A stretch of DNA of 64,000 nt, from assembly GCA_964584335.1 (NCBI GenBank), contig CAZOZN010000001.1:147882-211881 (forward strand). The letters run 5' to 3'. This document shows, piece after piece, positions 19,317 through 29,417 of the stretch. The position numbers and the translations under genes are program-made. Under the pieces are notes generated by a model, which did no database searches, was not told the origin of the DNA, and worked only from the letters and a program-made list of their open reading frames with translations. Origin of the DNA: an uncultured archaeon (GTDB lineage: Archaea > Aenigmatarchaeota > Aenigmatarchaeia > PWEA01 > JAGHBM01). The first letter of the stretch is position 1. Every line of letters begins with the position of its first letter.

Positions 19317-20066
19317 ATGGAGCATAAAAGACTAACTGCAATAAAAACTGAAATAAGCCCTCTAATAAAGGGCAAGTATGTGAAGAGAGAAGGATTTGAG
19401 AGCAACTATGTTTTAACACCTTCCGGTATGAGAATATCCAGGGCCAGAATAATGGGTACTCTTATGAACAAGTTCATCAACGACGATAATACATACGGGT
19501 TTGTAGTTGTTGATGATGAGACAGAAACGATAAGGGCAAAGATTTTTAAAAACACAAAGCTTATAGAGAATCTCAAGGAGGGCGATTTGGTGGACATGAT
19601 AGGTAAAGTAAGGGAATATGACGACGAACTTTACATAATGCCCGAGATAATAAGAAAAATAGACAATCCGAATTTTCTTATTTTGAGAAAAGCTGAATTG
19701 CTTGAGCAGAAAAAGGAAATGGATAAGACAAAAGAAAAGATATTGGGCTTAAAGAAGCAGACATCCGATCTGGAGGAAATAAAGAAGCTCGCTGATGCGG
19801 AAGGAATAAGCTCAGAAGTAGCAGAATCCGTACTTCAGGCAGAAGAGGAAGAAGAAAGCGGCACAGAAAACAAGAAGGATAAAAAATCACTAAAGGAAAT
19901 AGTTCTTAATACCATAGACAAGCTTGACGAAGGCACCGGAGCGGAGTATGGTGTTATAATATCTGAGTCAAAACTCGAAGAGGCTGATGTTGAGGAGGTT
20001 ATAAACGAACTTCTCAGTGAAGGAACTTGCTACGAGCCGAGACCGGGAAGGATAAAAAGGCTTTAG
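19317..20066 (+). CDS. RPA32-like OB-fold ssDNA-binding protein with C-terminal winged helix
   Basis: RARIMGT...VDDETETIRAKIF...IGKVREY; C-terminal EGTCYEPRPG. Confidence 0.82.
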   Translation: MEHKRLTAIKTEISPLIKGKYVKREGFESNYVLTPSGMRISRARIMGTLMNKFINDDNTYGFVVVDDETETIRAKIFKNTKLIENLKEGDLVDMIGKVREYDDELYIMPEIIRKIDNPNFLILRKAELLEQKKEMDKTKEKILGLKKQTSDLEEIKKLADAEGISSEVAESVLQAEEEEESGTENKKDKKSLKEIVLNTIDKLDEGTGAEYGVIISESKLEEADVEEVINELLSEGTCYEPRPGRIKRL

Positions 20067-20067
20067 A

Positions 20068-21249
20068 TTATTTTTCTAGTTTTAGATTTATATTATCTAT
20101 ACCTAGAAATTCCGACACACTTCTGTTGGGTTTTTGTTTTTTCTTTTCTCCAACTATCTGCATGTGAGGATAAGCTACTTCAAAATCCTCATCTTTACTT
20201 ACCGCATCCAGAAACATAGAGTTTATCTCAGTCTTGACATTTCTTATCATATCGTAAGGTACGGCGAATAGCGCCAGTAGTAATATTGAAGAGTCTTCCA
20301 TATCGACGTGAATCTGTGGCCTGAACCAGGAGGGCATGTCCTCAAAAGTTTCTTTTATGTCTTCCTTCTCTTTTTTTAGCTTGTCTATATGTTCCTTAAG
20401 CTTTTCTCCACGTTCCTTTGTCTTGGCCTTTTTTATTCTTTCTGAAAGTTTTTCTATGGTATTATCTATGAATGATATCTTTTTTGTAAGGTTCTTCTTG
20501 AACTTGTGCAAGTTTTTCTTTGTTACCTCTTCCACTATACTTTCAAATACATTTTTTGCCTTTCTCCAGTCACTCTCGTAAGTTATTGCAATCTTTAGCT
20601 CGGTTTTTACAAAGTTATCGTCTTTTGTGTAATTTTCAACAGGCTCTACAAGTGTCAATTCATTTGGTATAGAAACCAGCTTACCGCTGCTCTGGTCGAT
20701 TTCCTCCAGAAGCCTTTTTACAACAGTATGCATTATTTTTATTTCCTCTACATCTCCTGTTATTTGACCTACTTTTATACGGTCTCCTACTTCAAATGTC
20801 TTATGCAATTTTATTGTTATCCATCCTACTGTATTTAATATGGGCTTTTGAAGTGCGAAAGTTATACCGAAACCTATAAGACCGACTGAGGTTAGAAGCG
20901 CTCCGAGGTCCTCGAATACCATGGTAAATATGATAAATAAAAATACTATCCAAAGAAAATACCTTGTGAAGCTCAGAACCGTTTTTATTTTGAATTTGTC
21001 TTCTCCGTCCTTTTTTTCTATCAATATTTTTATTGAGGATGTTACAAACTTTATCAAAACAAACATGAATATTATAATCGTCAATTTGGGGGCGTACATG
21101 ACAAGGTAATTCTCGATGTTGCCGTAAAACCCGCAGGGGTAATATCTGCACATTATAATGAGGAATATTAAGACTAGAGCGAATACTATTGTCTTGGTGA
21201 AATTCTTTAAATTGAAGTTTTCAAATGCGGGTTTTTTGTCTTCATCCAT
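20068..21249 (-). CDS. Small-conductance mechanosensitive channel (MscS family) with coiled-coil insertion
   Basis: GITFALQKPILN, FEVGDRIKVG, VAYPH. Confidence 0.87.
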   Translation of the reverse strand: MDEDKKPAFENFNLKNFTKTIVFALVLIFLIIMCRYYPCGFYGNIENYLVMYAPKLTIIIFMFVLIKFVTSSIKILIEKKDGEDKFKIKTVLSFTRYFLWIVFLFIIFTMVFEDLGALLTSVGLIGFGITFALQKPILNTVGWITIKLHKTFEVGDRIKVGQITGDVEEIKIMHTVVKRLLEEIDQSSGKLVSIPNELTLVEPVENYTKDDNFVKTELKIAITYESDWRKAKNVFESIVEEVTKKNLHKFKKNLTKKISFIDNTIEKLSERIKKAKTKERGEKLKEHIDKLKKEKEDIKETFEDMPSWFRPQIHVDMEDSSILLLALFAVPYDMIRNVKTEINSMFLDAVSKDEDFEVAYPHMQIVGEKKKQKPNRSVSEFLGIDNINLKLEK

Positions 21250-21287
21250 AGGTTAATTATTGTTAACGAAAGTAGTTATTTCTTTCG

Positions 21288-21863
21288 TTATTCTTGTACA
21301 AACCATGGCTTGTTTTTTCTATATTTTTTGGCTTCATCTATCATAAAACTTCTAGTGCCTAATTCTCTCAAACTCCATTTTTCTCTGGTTAAAGGTATTC
21401 CATAAAGGAATTTTCTCGGGAAAAACAGTTCCGTGGTGTCCTCATCTACAAAAGTTTCGGTACCTCTTTCATAAGATTTTTTTGCAATTTTGTTTACACA
21501 GTCATATTGGTGGAAGCCCCCCAGAACCAGCCTCTCGTGATAATCTGGGAGCTGGTCTATAACGTAGTCCGGGTCAGCGTATCTCTTATTTTTTGTATGG
21601 TTTTCGAATGAAATACCAGCATTAATTATTCTGTCATCTTCATTTATTCTAACGTAGTTTGGTATTTTTGACAAATCGGGCTCATTTTCATTATCTTCTC
21701 TGCTGAATGTAAGCCAGTTTATTTCGTAATCATTTTCTCTGTATCTTGCGTCTATTATATCGAATAATTCACCTATTTCGAATTTGTTTTTGTAAAATTT
21801 TTTTGACAGTATTATATTATTAAAATATTCTTCTACAGGATAGAGAAACATGTACTGATTCAT
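21288..21863 (-). CDS. Hypothetical protein, possibly isochorismatase/cysteine-hydrolase-like fold
   Basis: LVLGGFHQYDCV...FVDEDTT resembles the cysteine-hydrolase C-terminal motif; weak. Confidence 0.5.
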   Translation of the reverse strand: MNQYMFLYPVEEYFNNIILSKKFYKNKFEIGELFDIIDARYRENDYEINWLTFSREDNENEPDLSKIPNYVRINEDDRIINAGISFENHTKNKRYADPDYVIDQLPDYHERLVLGGFHQYDCVNKIAKKSYERGTETFVDEDTTELFFPRKFLYGIPLTREKWSLRELGTRSFMIDEAKKYRKNKPWFVQE

Positions 21864-21940
21864 AAAAAATGCTATTTTTTGAGAAATTTAAGCTTAAACA
21901 ATAGTGAATTTTTTAATATATTATAGTCACAACACAAAAC

Positions 21941-21972
21941 TATATAAATGGTAGTGACTATATTAGTCACTA
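21941..21972 (+). promoter_or_regulatory. TATA box followed by a perfect 9-3-9 inverted repeat (putative operator)
   Basis: TATATAAA at 21941-21948; TAGTGACTA-TAT-TAGTCACTA at 21952-21972. Confidence 0.7.
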
Positions 21973-21982
21973 TCGTGATTTA

Positions 21983-22390
21983 ATGGACAAAGAACTCAAA
22001 GAAATAAGAAAGAAAAAACTTGAAAAGATGATGGAAAAAATCAATAATGGAAATAAAACGGAGGTTTTTAAAATGGATGTTACAGATAATGATTTTAATG
22101 AAAAGGTAATAGAAAAATCTAAGGAGGTTCCTGTTGTTGTTGATTTTTGGGCTTCATGGTGTATGCCTTGCAAAATACTAAAACCGGTTTTGGAAAAGAT
22201 CGCAGAAGAATATCAAGGAAAATTCGTTCTTGCAAAGGTCAACGTGGATGATGCAAGAAAAACTTCAACGGAGTACGGAATAATGAGCATACCTTCTGTT
22301 AAGATGTTTAAGGAAGGCGAGGTTGTTGACGAATTCATGGGAGCACAACCAGAAACCAAAATTAAAGAATGGTTGAACGACAACATATAG
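21983..22390 (+). CDS. trxA: Thioredoxin
   Basis: VVDFWASWCMPCK, SIP motif. Confidence 0.95.
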   Translation: MDKELKEIRKKKLEKMMEKINNGNKTEVFKMDVTDNDFNEKVIEKSKEVPVVVDFWASWCMPCKILKPVLEKIAEEYQGKFVLAKVNVDDARKTSTEYGIMSIPSVKMFKEGEVVDEFMGAQPETKIKEWLNDNI

Positions 22391-22398
22391 GTGTTTTT

Positions 22399-23316
22399 AT
22401 GTCTTACGACTTGATTGTCTTGGGTAAAGGGCCCGCGGGAATATCTGCTGCCATATACGCAAAGAGATATAATATGAAAGTTTTAGTAATAGGGTCACAA
22501 CCCAGCACTATATCTGAATCTGGTGAAGTTTCAAATTACATGGGTTATCCCTCTATTTCGGGAATAGAGTTATCTGATAAGTTTGAAGAGCATGCGAAGG
22601 AGCTGGAAATAGAGATAATAACCGAGAAGATAACAAAAATAGAAAAAAACAAAGATAATTTTTTTGTTTTTACAGAACAGGGGAAATACGAATCCAGAAC
22701 CTTGGTTTACGCTTTGGGAGGGGTTAAAAGAAAATCCGGACTCGAGAATGAAAAAGATTTCATAGGCAGGGGTATAAGTTATTGTGCTACATGTGACGGT
22801 GCTTTTTTCAAGGACAAAATTGTTGCTGTAACCGGTGGCAGCAACTCGGCAGCTACTTCGGCAATTCTTCTTTCAAATATAGCAAAGAAGGTATATGTAG
22901 TTTACAGAAGGGACAGTATGAGATGTTTTCCCTTTTACGAGAAAAAGATAAGAAAAAAAGAAAACGTTGAAGTTATTTTTAATTCAAATATAGTAAAAAT
23001 AAAAGGGGACAAATTGCTGGAAAGTGCTGTTGTAAGAAACATAACAACAGGAGAAGAGACTGAACTGGATTTAGACGGAATATTTGTTGAATTTGGTTAT
23101 ACTCCCAATTTCAAGTTGGCGAAAGAGTTCGGAGTTAAGGTCAATGATAAAGGCAGAATAATAGTCGGTGATGACATGTCCACAAACATAGATTGTTTTT
23201 TTGCAGCCGGTGATGTTACGGATGGCAGTAATTCATTCGACCAGGTTGTTACAGCAGCATCAGAAGGTGCTATTGCCTCGCAGTCTGCTTATAAAAAAAT
23301 TTCGGAGAGTGATTAG
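22399..23316 (+). CDS. trxB: Thioredoxin-disulfide reductase
   Basis: GKGPAG, GISYCATCDG, FAAGDVT; ATG 22399 after AGGTG. Confidence 0.92.
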   Translation: MSYDLIVLGKGPAGISAAIYAKRYNMKVLVIGSQPSTISESGEVSNYMGYPSISGIELSDKFEEHAKELEIEIITEKITKIEKNKDNFFVFTEQGKYESRTLVYALGGVKRKSGLENEKDFIGRGISYCATCDGAFFKDKIVAVTGGSNSAATSAILLSNIAKKVYVVYRRDSMRCFPFYEKKIRKKENVEVIFNSNIVKIKGDKLLESAVVRNITTGEETELDLDGIFVEFGYTPNFKLAKEFGVKVNDKGRIIVGDDMSTNIDCFFAAGDVTDGSNSFDQVVTAASEGAIASQSAYKKISESD

Positions 23317-24525
23317 ATGGTTTTTGAGAATATATCCAAAACTTTTAAGAAAGTTTCTGATTTGATGGAACTTAATCAGGTTGAAAATAAAGTGATTAAA
23401 TCTTTCAAGAGAATTAAAAAAGAGGTAATCGAAGTAAACGGCAAGAAGTATGATTCTTGGAGAATAGTTCATAATGATTCTTTGGGCCCGGGTAAAGGCG
23501 GAATCAGGTTTCATCCAAATGTTTCGGAAGACGAGGTAAAGTCCCTGGCTTTTTGGATGAGTATTAAGAACTCTCTAGCAGGTCTTCCCTATGGGGGTGC
23601 AAAGGGTGGAGTAAAGTTAAACCCAAAAGAAATGACAAAGGATGAAATTGAGGAAGTTAGCAGGCAATTTATAAGAAAGTATTATGATTTTCTTGGGCAG
23701 GATATTGATATACCAGCTCCCGATGTTTATACAAATTCCGAGATAATGGGATGGATGCTTGACGAGTACGAGAAGATAAAAAAAGAACACGAGCCCGGTA
23801 TGATAACAGGCAAGCCTCTGGAACTTCAGGGCTGTGAACTTAGAAAAAGGGCGACTGCCAAGGGAGGTTATATAGTTTTCAAGGAAATGGTATCAAAACT
23901 AAAAAACAAGGATGTTACTATAGCTGTCCAGGGATTTGGAAATGCAGGATATAATTTTGCTCAGATGGCACATAACGACGGTTTCAAGGTTGTTGCAGTT
24001 AGCGACAGTAAAGGCGGCACCCAAGAGATGAAGGGGCTCAACATATCTAAAATTAAGAAGGTAAAGGATGAGAAGGGTTCTGTAATTGATTATGATACAA
24101 AAAAAATAACTAACGAAGAGTTGCTTGAGATGAATGTTGACTTTCTGGTTTTGGCAGCACTGGAAAACCAGATAACAAAAGACAATGTCGATAAGGTAAA
24201 TGCAGATTTTATAATAGAATTGGCAAACGGTCCCGTGACCAGCGATGCAAGCGAATATTTGTATAACAAAGGTAAGACTGTAGTACCTGACATACTTGCA
24301 AATGCCGGAGGGGTTATAGGCAGTTATTTTGAGTGGGTTCAGAACAAGATTGGAAATATTTTTGAGGAGGAGTATCTGGAAGAAAGACTTGAAAACAAGA
24401 TGAAGTGCAATTTTCATAAGGTCTATAACATGCATCTCGAGAAGAATATAGACATGAGGACCTCAGCATATTTGATTGCAGTTGGGAGAATACTTGAAGC
24501 AGAAAAAGCAAGGGGTAATTTATGA
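23317..24525 (+). CDS. gdhA: Glu/Leu/Phe/Val dehydrogenase (glutamate dehydrogenase)
   Basis: GPGKGGIRFHP, GGAKGG, DIPAPDV, QGFGNAG, ELANGP, NAGGVIGSYFEW. Confidence 0.93.
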   Translation: MVFENISKTFKKVSDLMELNQVENKVIKSFKRIKKEVIEVNGKKYDSWRIVHNDSLGPGKGGIRFHPNVSEDEVKSLAFWMSIKNSLAGLPYGGAKGGVKLNPKEMTKDEIEEVSRQFIRKYYDFLGQDIDIPAPDVYTNSEIMGWMLDEYEKIKKEHEPGMITGKPLELQGCELRKRATAKGGYIVFKEMVSKLKNKDVTIAVQGFGNAGYNFAQMAHNDGFKVVAVSDSKGGTQEMKGLNISKIKKVKDEKGSVIDYDTKKITNEELLEMNVDFLVLAALENQITKDNVDKVNADFIIELANGPVTSDASEYLYNKGKTVVPDILANAGGVIGSYFEWVQNKIGNIFEEEYLEERLENKMKCNFHKVYNMHLEKNIDMRTSAYLIAVGRILEAEKARGNL

Positions 24526-24870
24526 ATGATTAGGTTTGCTTGCAAGGTTATAGACAAGCAGGATATAGTCAGATGTGCTTTTGACCTTAACAAGACTGAA
24601 TACAATGTACTTGTTTTTTTCTTTAAGAATCCCAGGGATAACACTGCCAAAAAGGTTTCGGACAGTATTGGCCTTGAGAGAACTACTGTTCAGAAGGCAT
24701 TTAAGAAATTGCTCAGAAAGAAAATAATAAAAAGAAAAAAGAAAAATTTAGAAAAGGGTGGTTATATTTTTCTTTATGAATTGAATGATAAAAATATCGT
24801 AAAAAAAAGAATAAAGGATACGATTTCCGAATGGTATAAAAATGCAATAAGGAAAATCGATGATATTTAG
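24526..24870 (+). CDS. Winged-HTH transcriptional regulator (TrmB/COG3355-like) with two N-terminal Cys
   Basis: FACKVIDKQDIVRCAFDLNKTEY...ERTTVQKAFKKL...GGYIFLY. Confidence 0.8.
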   Translation: MIRFACKVIDKQDIVRCAFDLNKTEYNVLVFFFKNPRDNTAKKVSDSIGLERTTVQKAFKKLLRKKIIKRKKKNLEKGGYIFLYELNDKNIVKKRIKDTISEWYKNAIRKIDDI

Positions 24871-24878
24871 GTGATTTT

Positions 24879-25409
24879 TTGATTGAAGTAGAAGCTAGGA
24901 GTTTTATATCGAAAGAAAAGTACGATGAACTTGTTGAATTTATGAAAGAGAATGCTGATTTTTTGGGTGATGATAATCAAATAACATACTATTTTTCGGG
25001 AGAAAAAGACCTCAGGATACAGAAAAGTAAGAATTTTTCAAAGATATGGCTTAAGAAAGGAAAGATACATGATAATCACAGGGAAGAGATAGAGATAAAG
25101 TTTGACAGAGATGATTTTGTAAAGATTGAAAATATTTTTAAGATTCTTGGCTACGAAATTGATATAAAATGGTTTAGGGATAGAAAAAGATTTGATTGGA
25201 ATGGAATAAAAGTAACAATAGACCATACGAAGGGTTACGGTTTCATAATAGAACTGGAAAAGCTTACAGAAAATGAGGATGAAAAAGAGAAGATATACGC
25301 CGAACTCGAGGAAAAATTAAGGGAACTGGGAGTGAAAATAACACCTAAGGAGATTTTTAAAGAAAAATATGATAATTACAAAAATAACTGGAGAAAAATT
25401 GTTGCTTGA
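24879..25409 (+). CDS. CYTH domain protein (class IV adenylate cyclase/triphosphatase family)
   Basis: IEVEAR ExExR motif, REEIEI, IELE; TTG start after AGGTGA. Confidence 0.85.
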   Translation: MIEVEARSFISKEKYDELVEFMKENADFLGDDNQITYYFSGEKDLRIQKSKNFSKIWLKKGKIHDNHREEIEIKFDRDDFVKIENIFKILGYEIDIKWFRDRKRFDWNGIKVTIDHTKGYGFIIELEKLTENEDEKEKIYAELEEKLRELGVKITPKEIFKEKYDNYKNNWRKIVA

Positions 25410-25410
25410 T

Positions 25411-25599
25411 TTATTCTTCAGTATTTATGGGAATTAAGTTAGGTTTTTTTATCTTATCCAAGTAACCGCACCCCGAACAGGTATAATCACCCCATTCTTT
25501 ACCTTTCTTTGTACAGTTACCTTCTCTTTCATTGTAGTTTTTGCAGAAATATTCCGTATCTGTTATACCAAGTATAATGTATTTTTTGTTCGTAATCAC
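25411..25599 (-). CDS. Small hypothetical protein with four Cys
   Basis: 62 aa, FC...C...CSGC; fills the gap between genes. Confidence 0.45.
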   Translation of the reverse strand: MITNKKYIILGITDTEYFCKNYNEREGNCTKKGKEWGDYTCSGCGYLDKIKKPNLIPINTEE

Positions 25600-25661
25600 A
25601 GTTATAAAATATCCGAGAAGTTATTTAAACTTTAAATTTAAACAATTGTTTTATTAAGTGA

Positions 25662-26072
25662 GTGAATATGGATTACGAAGTTTTATTGGAAAGGGCTGAA
25701 GAAAAGATATCGAAAGAGCTTACCAACGATGGCAGATTCAAAATACCTGATTCTGAATTGCTTTTGCAGGGTAAGAGTACTATAATAGTGAACTTTTTTG
25801 AGATATCCGATACCCTTGGCAGAGACCCCAAACATCTCCTTAAATATCTTTCTAAACAGCTTGCGGCTTCCGGCGAGATTTCCGGCAAGCAGGCCAAGTT
25901 TATAGGCAAGTTTAATAAAAAACAGATAGAAAGCAAAATAGACAGTTATGCAAAAGATTATGTTTTTTGTCCTGTTTGTGGAAAGCCGGACACGAAGATA
26001 GTTAGCGAAGAAGGCATCAGGAAAATGAAGTGCGAGGCCTGTGGTTCAAAAAGGTTTGTAAAGAAGTTGTAA
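25662..26072 (+). CDS. eif2b: Translation initiation factor aIF-2 beta
   Basis: YEVLLERA, RDPKHLLKYL, CPVCGKPDT, CEACG. Confidence 0.93.
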   Translation: MNMDYEVLLERAEEKISKELTNDGRFKIPDSELLLQGKSTIIVNFFEISDTLGRDPKHLLKYLSKQLAASGEISGKQAKFIGKFNKKQIESKIDSYAKDYVFCPVCGKPDTKIVSEEGIRKMKCEACGSKRFVKKL

Positions 26073-26074
26073 AA

Positions 26075-26365
26075 ATGTTTTCTTACAGAATTTTCAGGGA
26101 GAAAAAAGAAGTTTTGGTTGCTGTTTGTGATAAAGAAATTCTAGGCAATGAAATAGATGCCGATAAAAAAGTAAATGTGAGCGAAAAATTCTACGGGGGA
26201 GAATTTTGTACCGAAGAAGAGTTGAAGAAGATTTTAAGTGAAGCTACAATAATAAATGCAATTGGCAATAATGTGGTAAATTTTTTAATTTCCGAGGGTA
26301 TAGCATCAAGTGAGGGTACGATTAAAGTTGGTGGTGTTTTGCATGCGCAAATTTTTACAGTCTAA
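26075..26365 (+). CDS. DUF424 family protein
   Basis: LVAVCDKEILG, FYGGE, ATIINAIGN; ATG 26075. Confidence 0.87.
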   Translation: MFSYRIFREKKEVLVAVCDKEILGNEIDADKKVNVSEKFYGGEFCTEEELKKILSEATIINAIGNNVVNFLISEGIASSEGTIKVGGVLHAQIFTV

Positions 26366-26735
26366 AGGGCAGTTTTTCTTTATATCTCTTATGCTGATAA
26401 TAATTTTTATATCCGGCTTGCAGGTTCTTTTTTCCAGTTTTTCTGAGATAGACCAGGGAGAGGCATTTTCAAATCAGGAGGATTTTTGGTTTTGGAATGT
26501 AAAAAGTCAGGTCACAAGATCTCTTAAAGAAAGGGATTGTCCTGAACTGGATTCCGATTTCGATGAAATAAGATATCTAACTAAGACATATCTTGCTAAA
26601 AAGGGGATAGAATTGAGACTGGATAATGATACTGCAATATGTATTGGAAATAATAAGCAAGCTGTTGTCAATATTATAATTAATATGACTTCGGAAAATA
26701 TAAATTTCTACGAAAATTTTACTGTTAATACTTAA
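26343..26735 (+). CDS. Small class III signal peptide (KGQ-type) pilin-like protein
   Basis: MRKFLQSKG|QFFFISLMLIIIFI; ATG 26343, 5 nt after GGTGT. Confidence 0.65.
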   Translation: MRKFLQSKGQFFFISLMLIIIFISGLQVLFSSFSEIDQGEAFSNQEDFWFWNVKSQVTRSLKERDCPELDSDFDEIRYLTKTYLAKKGIELRLDNDTAICIGNNKQAVVNIIINMTSENINFYENFTVNT

Positions 26736-27924
26736 TCATCTTTAAGTCTTCGTTTTCAAAACCGAACTCTTTTTTGAATTCTTCTTTCCATTTTTTGTTC
26801 TTTAACATTATCTTAAAGAAAGGAAAATAATCCTTCATCATTACCTTCGAGGACACATGAAGTTTTTTACCTATAATTTCGCATATTTCTTTTACCTGTT
26901 TTCTTGAAGCTTTTGTAGAGCCGTACATGGCAAGCCTTTTTGGTGGCCTGTATGGACTGAATTTTTTGTACATCTCTTTTTTAGAAATTGATATACCGCC
27001 ACACATAATATCTATCATATATTTTTTGAATCTCCAGTTTTGCCTTACCCTTACTTTGCTCCTAAACAAGTCTGCTATGCTAAGATAGTCGAATGCCTTT
27101 GCAATTTCTTTCGGTTTTTCATATTCTGTGGTGATGTTTTGTTCTATCCACCAGAATATTTCGTCAGGATCCTTGTCAACATTTCTCATTATTCCGATTG
27201 AGTTCTTTATGTTCCTGGTCTTGAATATTACCTTTAATACGTCAAAAATATTTTGCTTGCTCTCTCTGTATCCAAGAACCCCTATATCTTTTTCGCATAT
27301 TTTTTTATTTCCTCTGCCAAGAGTTTCCAGGTCGTTTATTGCAGACCTCATATCTCCTCCGGCCTCTCTTGCTATTCTTTTTATTAGCGCCCTGTCACAT
27401 TCAATACTTTCGTTTTCACATATTTCGCATAACCTCTTGGTCATGCTATTTAGATGAACTGTACCGAATTTTATCAGTTCACAGTAATTTCTTAATGACC
27501 TTAATTTTTTGTTGTAAGCATCATTAGCGGTCAAAACCATTGGAAACTTGCTTTCTTTTATTATTTTTATCAGAGTCTTTACTCCTCCCCTGTCTGACCT
27601 TCCCGACAAACCGTCGACCTCATCTATAAGTATTATTTTACCTCTGTTGAAGAGACTCATCTGCTTGGATGAGTGTCCTATACTTTCTTCTATACCTTCT
27701 GCGTTTCTAACATCACTGGCATTTATCTCTATAAGCTCCAGATTTTTTTCTTTAGCTAATGCGTATACAGAAGAAGTTTTTCCTCTTCCTGTTTTTCCCC
27801 AAAGAAGAGCCTGTTTGCCTCCTATTTTCCAGTTTTTGTACCATTTTTCAAAATCAATCAAAGCTCTCTGTCCAACTACTTCTTCAAGTTTTTTTGGCTT
27901 ATATTTTTCCGTCCAAGAATTCAT
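26725..27924 (-). CDS. rfcL: Replication factor C large subunit
   Basis: WTEKYKP, GKTGRGKT, EINASDVR, IDEVDG, GDMRSAINDLE. Confidence 0.94.
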   Translation of the reverse strand: MNSWTEKYKPKKLEEVVGQRALIDFEKWYKNWKIGGKQALLWGKTGRGKTSSVYALAKEKNLELIEINASDVRNAEGIEESIGHSSKQMSLFNRGKIILIDEVDGLSGRSDRGGVKTLIKIIKESKFPMVLTANDAYNKKLRSLRNYCELIKFGTVHLNSMTKRLCEICENESIECDRALIKRIAREAGGDMRSAINDLETLGRGNKKICEKDIGVLGYRESKQNIFDVLKVIFKTRNIKNSIGIMRNVDKDPDEIFWWIEQNITTEYEKPKEIAKAFDYLSIADLFRSKVRVRQNWRFKKYMIDIMCGGISISKKEMYKKFSPYRPPKRLAMYGSTKASRKQVKEICEIIGKKLHVSSKVMMKDYFPFFKIMLKNKKWKEEFKKEFGFENEDLKMIKY

Positions 27925-27956
27925 GTGTATAATTAGAATGATTAACTAATAAATTT

Positions 27957-28484
27957 TCATGCCACTTTTCTTGGCTCTAAATCTATAGTTTCTTTTTTAG
28001 CTTGCTTCAAGGAATCAGTTCCCAATTCATTTCTATATATACTGTAAACATGCCCGTTATTTCCTGTTTTACATATTGCGAGAAGGTCTCCTATCTTATT
28101 CTTGAATGCCTTGTAATTCATCTTTCTGCTTATAGCAACTTTTGTAGGATTTGATATGTTTCCATAGGCAGTGGGATATACTGTTTCATAACCAACATGT
28201 TCTCCCAAAAAAAGGTCTTTTTCCGAGATATCTTCTTCCGAAAAATTGTCTGTGTAAAAAACCTCTATTCGTTTTTTTTCGTTAAAATATCTAGGATCTT
28301 TTATCCTGATTGCAGCCTCTATTTCATAGTCTTTTGAAATTGCAACCAGACCCCGGTTTTCCATAAAATCCATTTTTTCATTTATTACATCCGGTAAAGT
28401 TTTTTTGTCATTGTTTCCAGAAAACTCTGCAGGGTTGTCTATAGAAAAATATTCTATCACACTCTTTATAGGTGTATAACCCAT
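27957..28484 (-). CDS. Hypothetical protein
   Basis: 175-aa ORF with upstream TATA-like element. Confidence 0.6.
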   Translation of the reverse strand: MGYTPIKSVIEYFSIDNPAEFSGNNDKKTLPDVINEKMDFMENRGLVAISKDYEIEAAIRIKDPRYFNEKKRIEVFYTDNFSEEDISEKDLFLGEHVGYETVYPTAYGNISNPTKVAISRKMNYKAFKNKIGDLLAICKTGNNGHVYSIYRNELGTDSLKQAKKETIDLEPRKVA

Positions 28485-28574
28485 GACTATTATATAGTAG
28501 TGAATAATATATAAATGTTTCCCCTTTTAATCCTTTATTAACTTCTTTTACCAATTTAATTTTGGGTGGTGTGC

Positions 28575-29417
28575 TTGATTATAAGAAATCCTATTGCTTT
28601 AGGCTCCTTTTATCCCAGAAGTTCTTCTGATTTGAGAACAACAATAGAAAGATTTATGAGAAGAGCTGGTACTGTCACAAAAAGGAATGTAATGGGCATG
28701 GTTTCTCCTCATGCAGGTTACGTTTACTGCGGCAAGACGCAGGCTTCTGTTTACAAGTCAATACTCGAGAACACCACTTTTGTTATAATAGGACCCAACC
28801 ACATGGGTCTTGGTTCAAAGGCTTCTATAATGTGTTCCGGTGTTTGGAAGACTCCTCTTGGTTCTTGCAGAATAGATTCAGATTTAGCCAGGCAGATTCT
28901 TGAAAAAAGTAAATTCTTGGAAGAAGACTTGCATGCACACACACAGGAACATTCCATAGAAGTGCAGCTACCTTGGCTTCAGTATATGTTTAACAATGTA
29001 AGTTTTGTGCCTATATCAGTCGGGTCTTCTAAGCGTGAAGTGTACAGGGATATAGGAAACTCTATAAAAGAATCTGTTATAGGAAATACAATAATAATAG
29101 CTTCTTCGGACTTTACTCATTTCGGTGAAAGCTACGGTTACACTCCTGTATCAGGGGGACCCGGTAATGTTTTGGATTATATAGAAAACGTGGACCTTGA
29201 GGCGGCAAGGGCAGTGGAGGAAAGGGCACCGGAGAGATTTTTGGAAGTAGTCGATAAACACAAGGCCACAATATGTGGAAAAGGTGCTATTGCTGCAATG
29301 CTTTATTCAGTAAAAGACCGTGCGACCAGAGGTACTATTGTGGACTACTCAACTTCTTATGATGTCTCTAGGGATATTAACTCGGTTGTAGGTTATTGTG
29401 GCATAGTTTTGGAATAA
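28575..29417 (+). CDS. MEMO1 family protein (AmmeMemoRadiSam protein B)
   Basis: GSFYP, PHAGYVYCG, GPNH, EHSIEVQLP, SSDFTH; TTG start at 28575. Confidence 0.92.
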   Translation: MIIRNPIALGSFYPRSSSDLRTTIERFMRRAGTVTKRNVMGMVSPHAGYVYCGKTQASVYKSILENTTFVIIGPNHMGLGSKASIMCSGVWKTPLGSCRIDSDLARQILEKSKFLEEDLHAHTQEHSIEVQLPWLQYMFNNVSFVPISVGSSKREVYRDIGNSIKESVIGNTIIIASSDFTHFGESYGYTPVSGGPGNVLDYIENVDLEAARAVEERAPERFLEVVDKHKATICGKGAIAAMLYSVKDRATRGTIVDYSTSYDVSRDINSVVGYCGIVLE

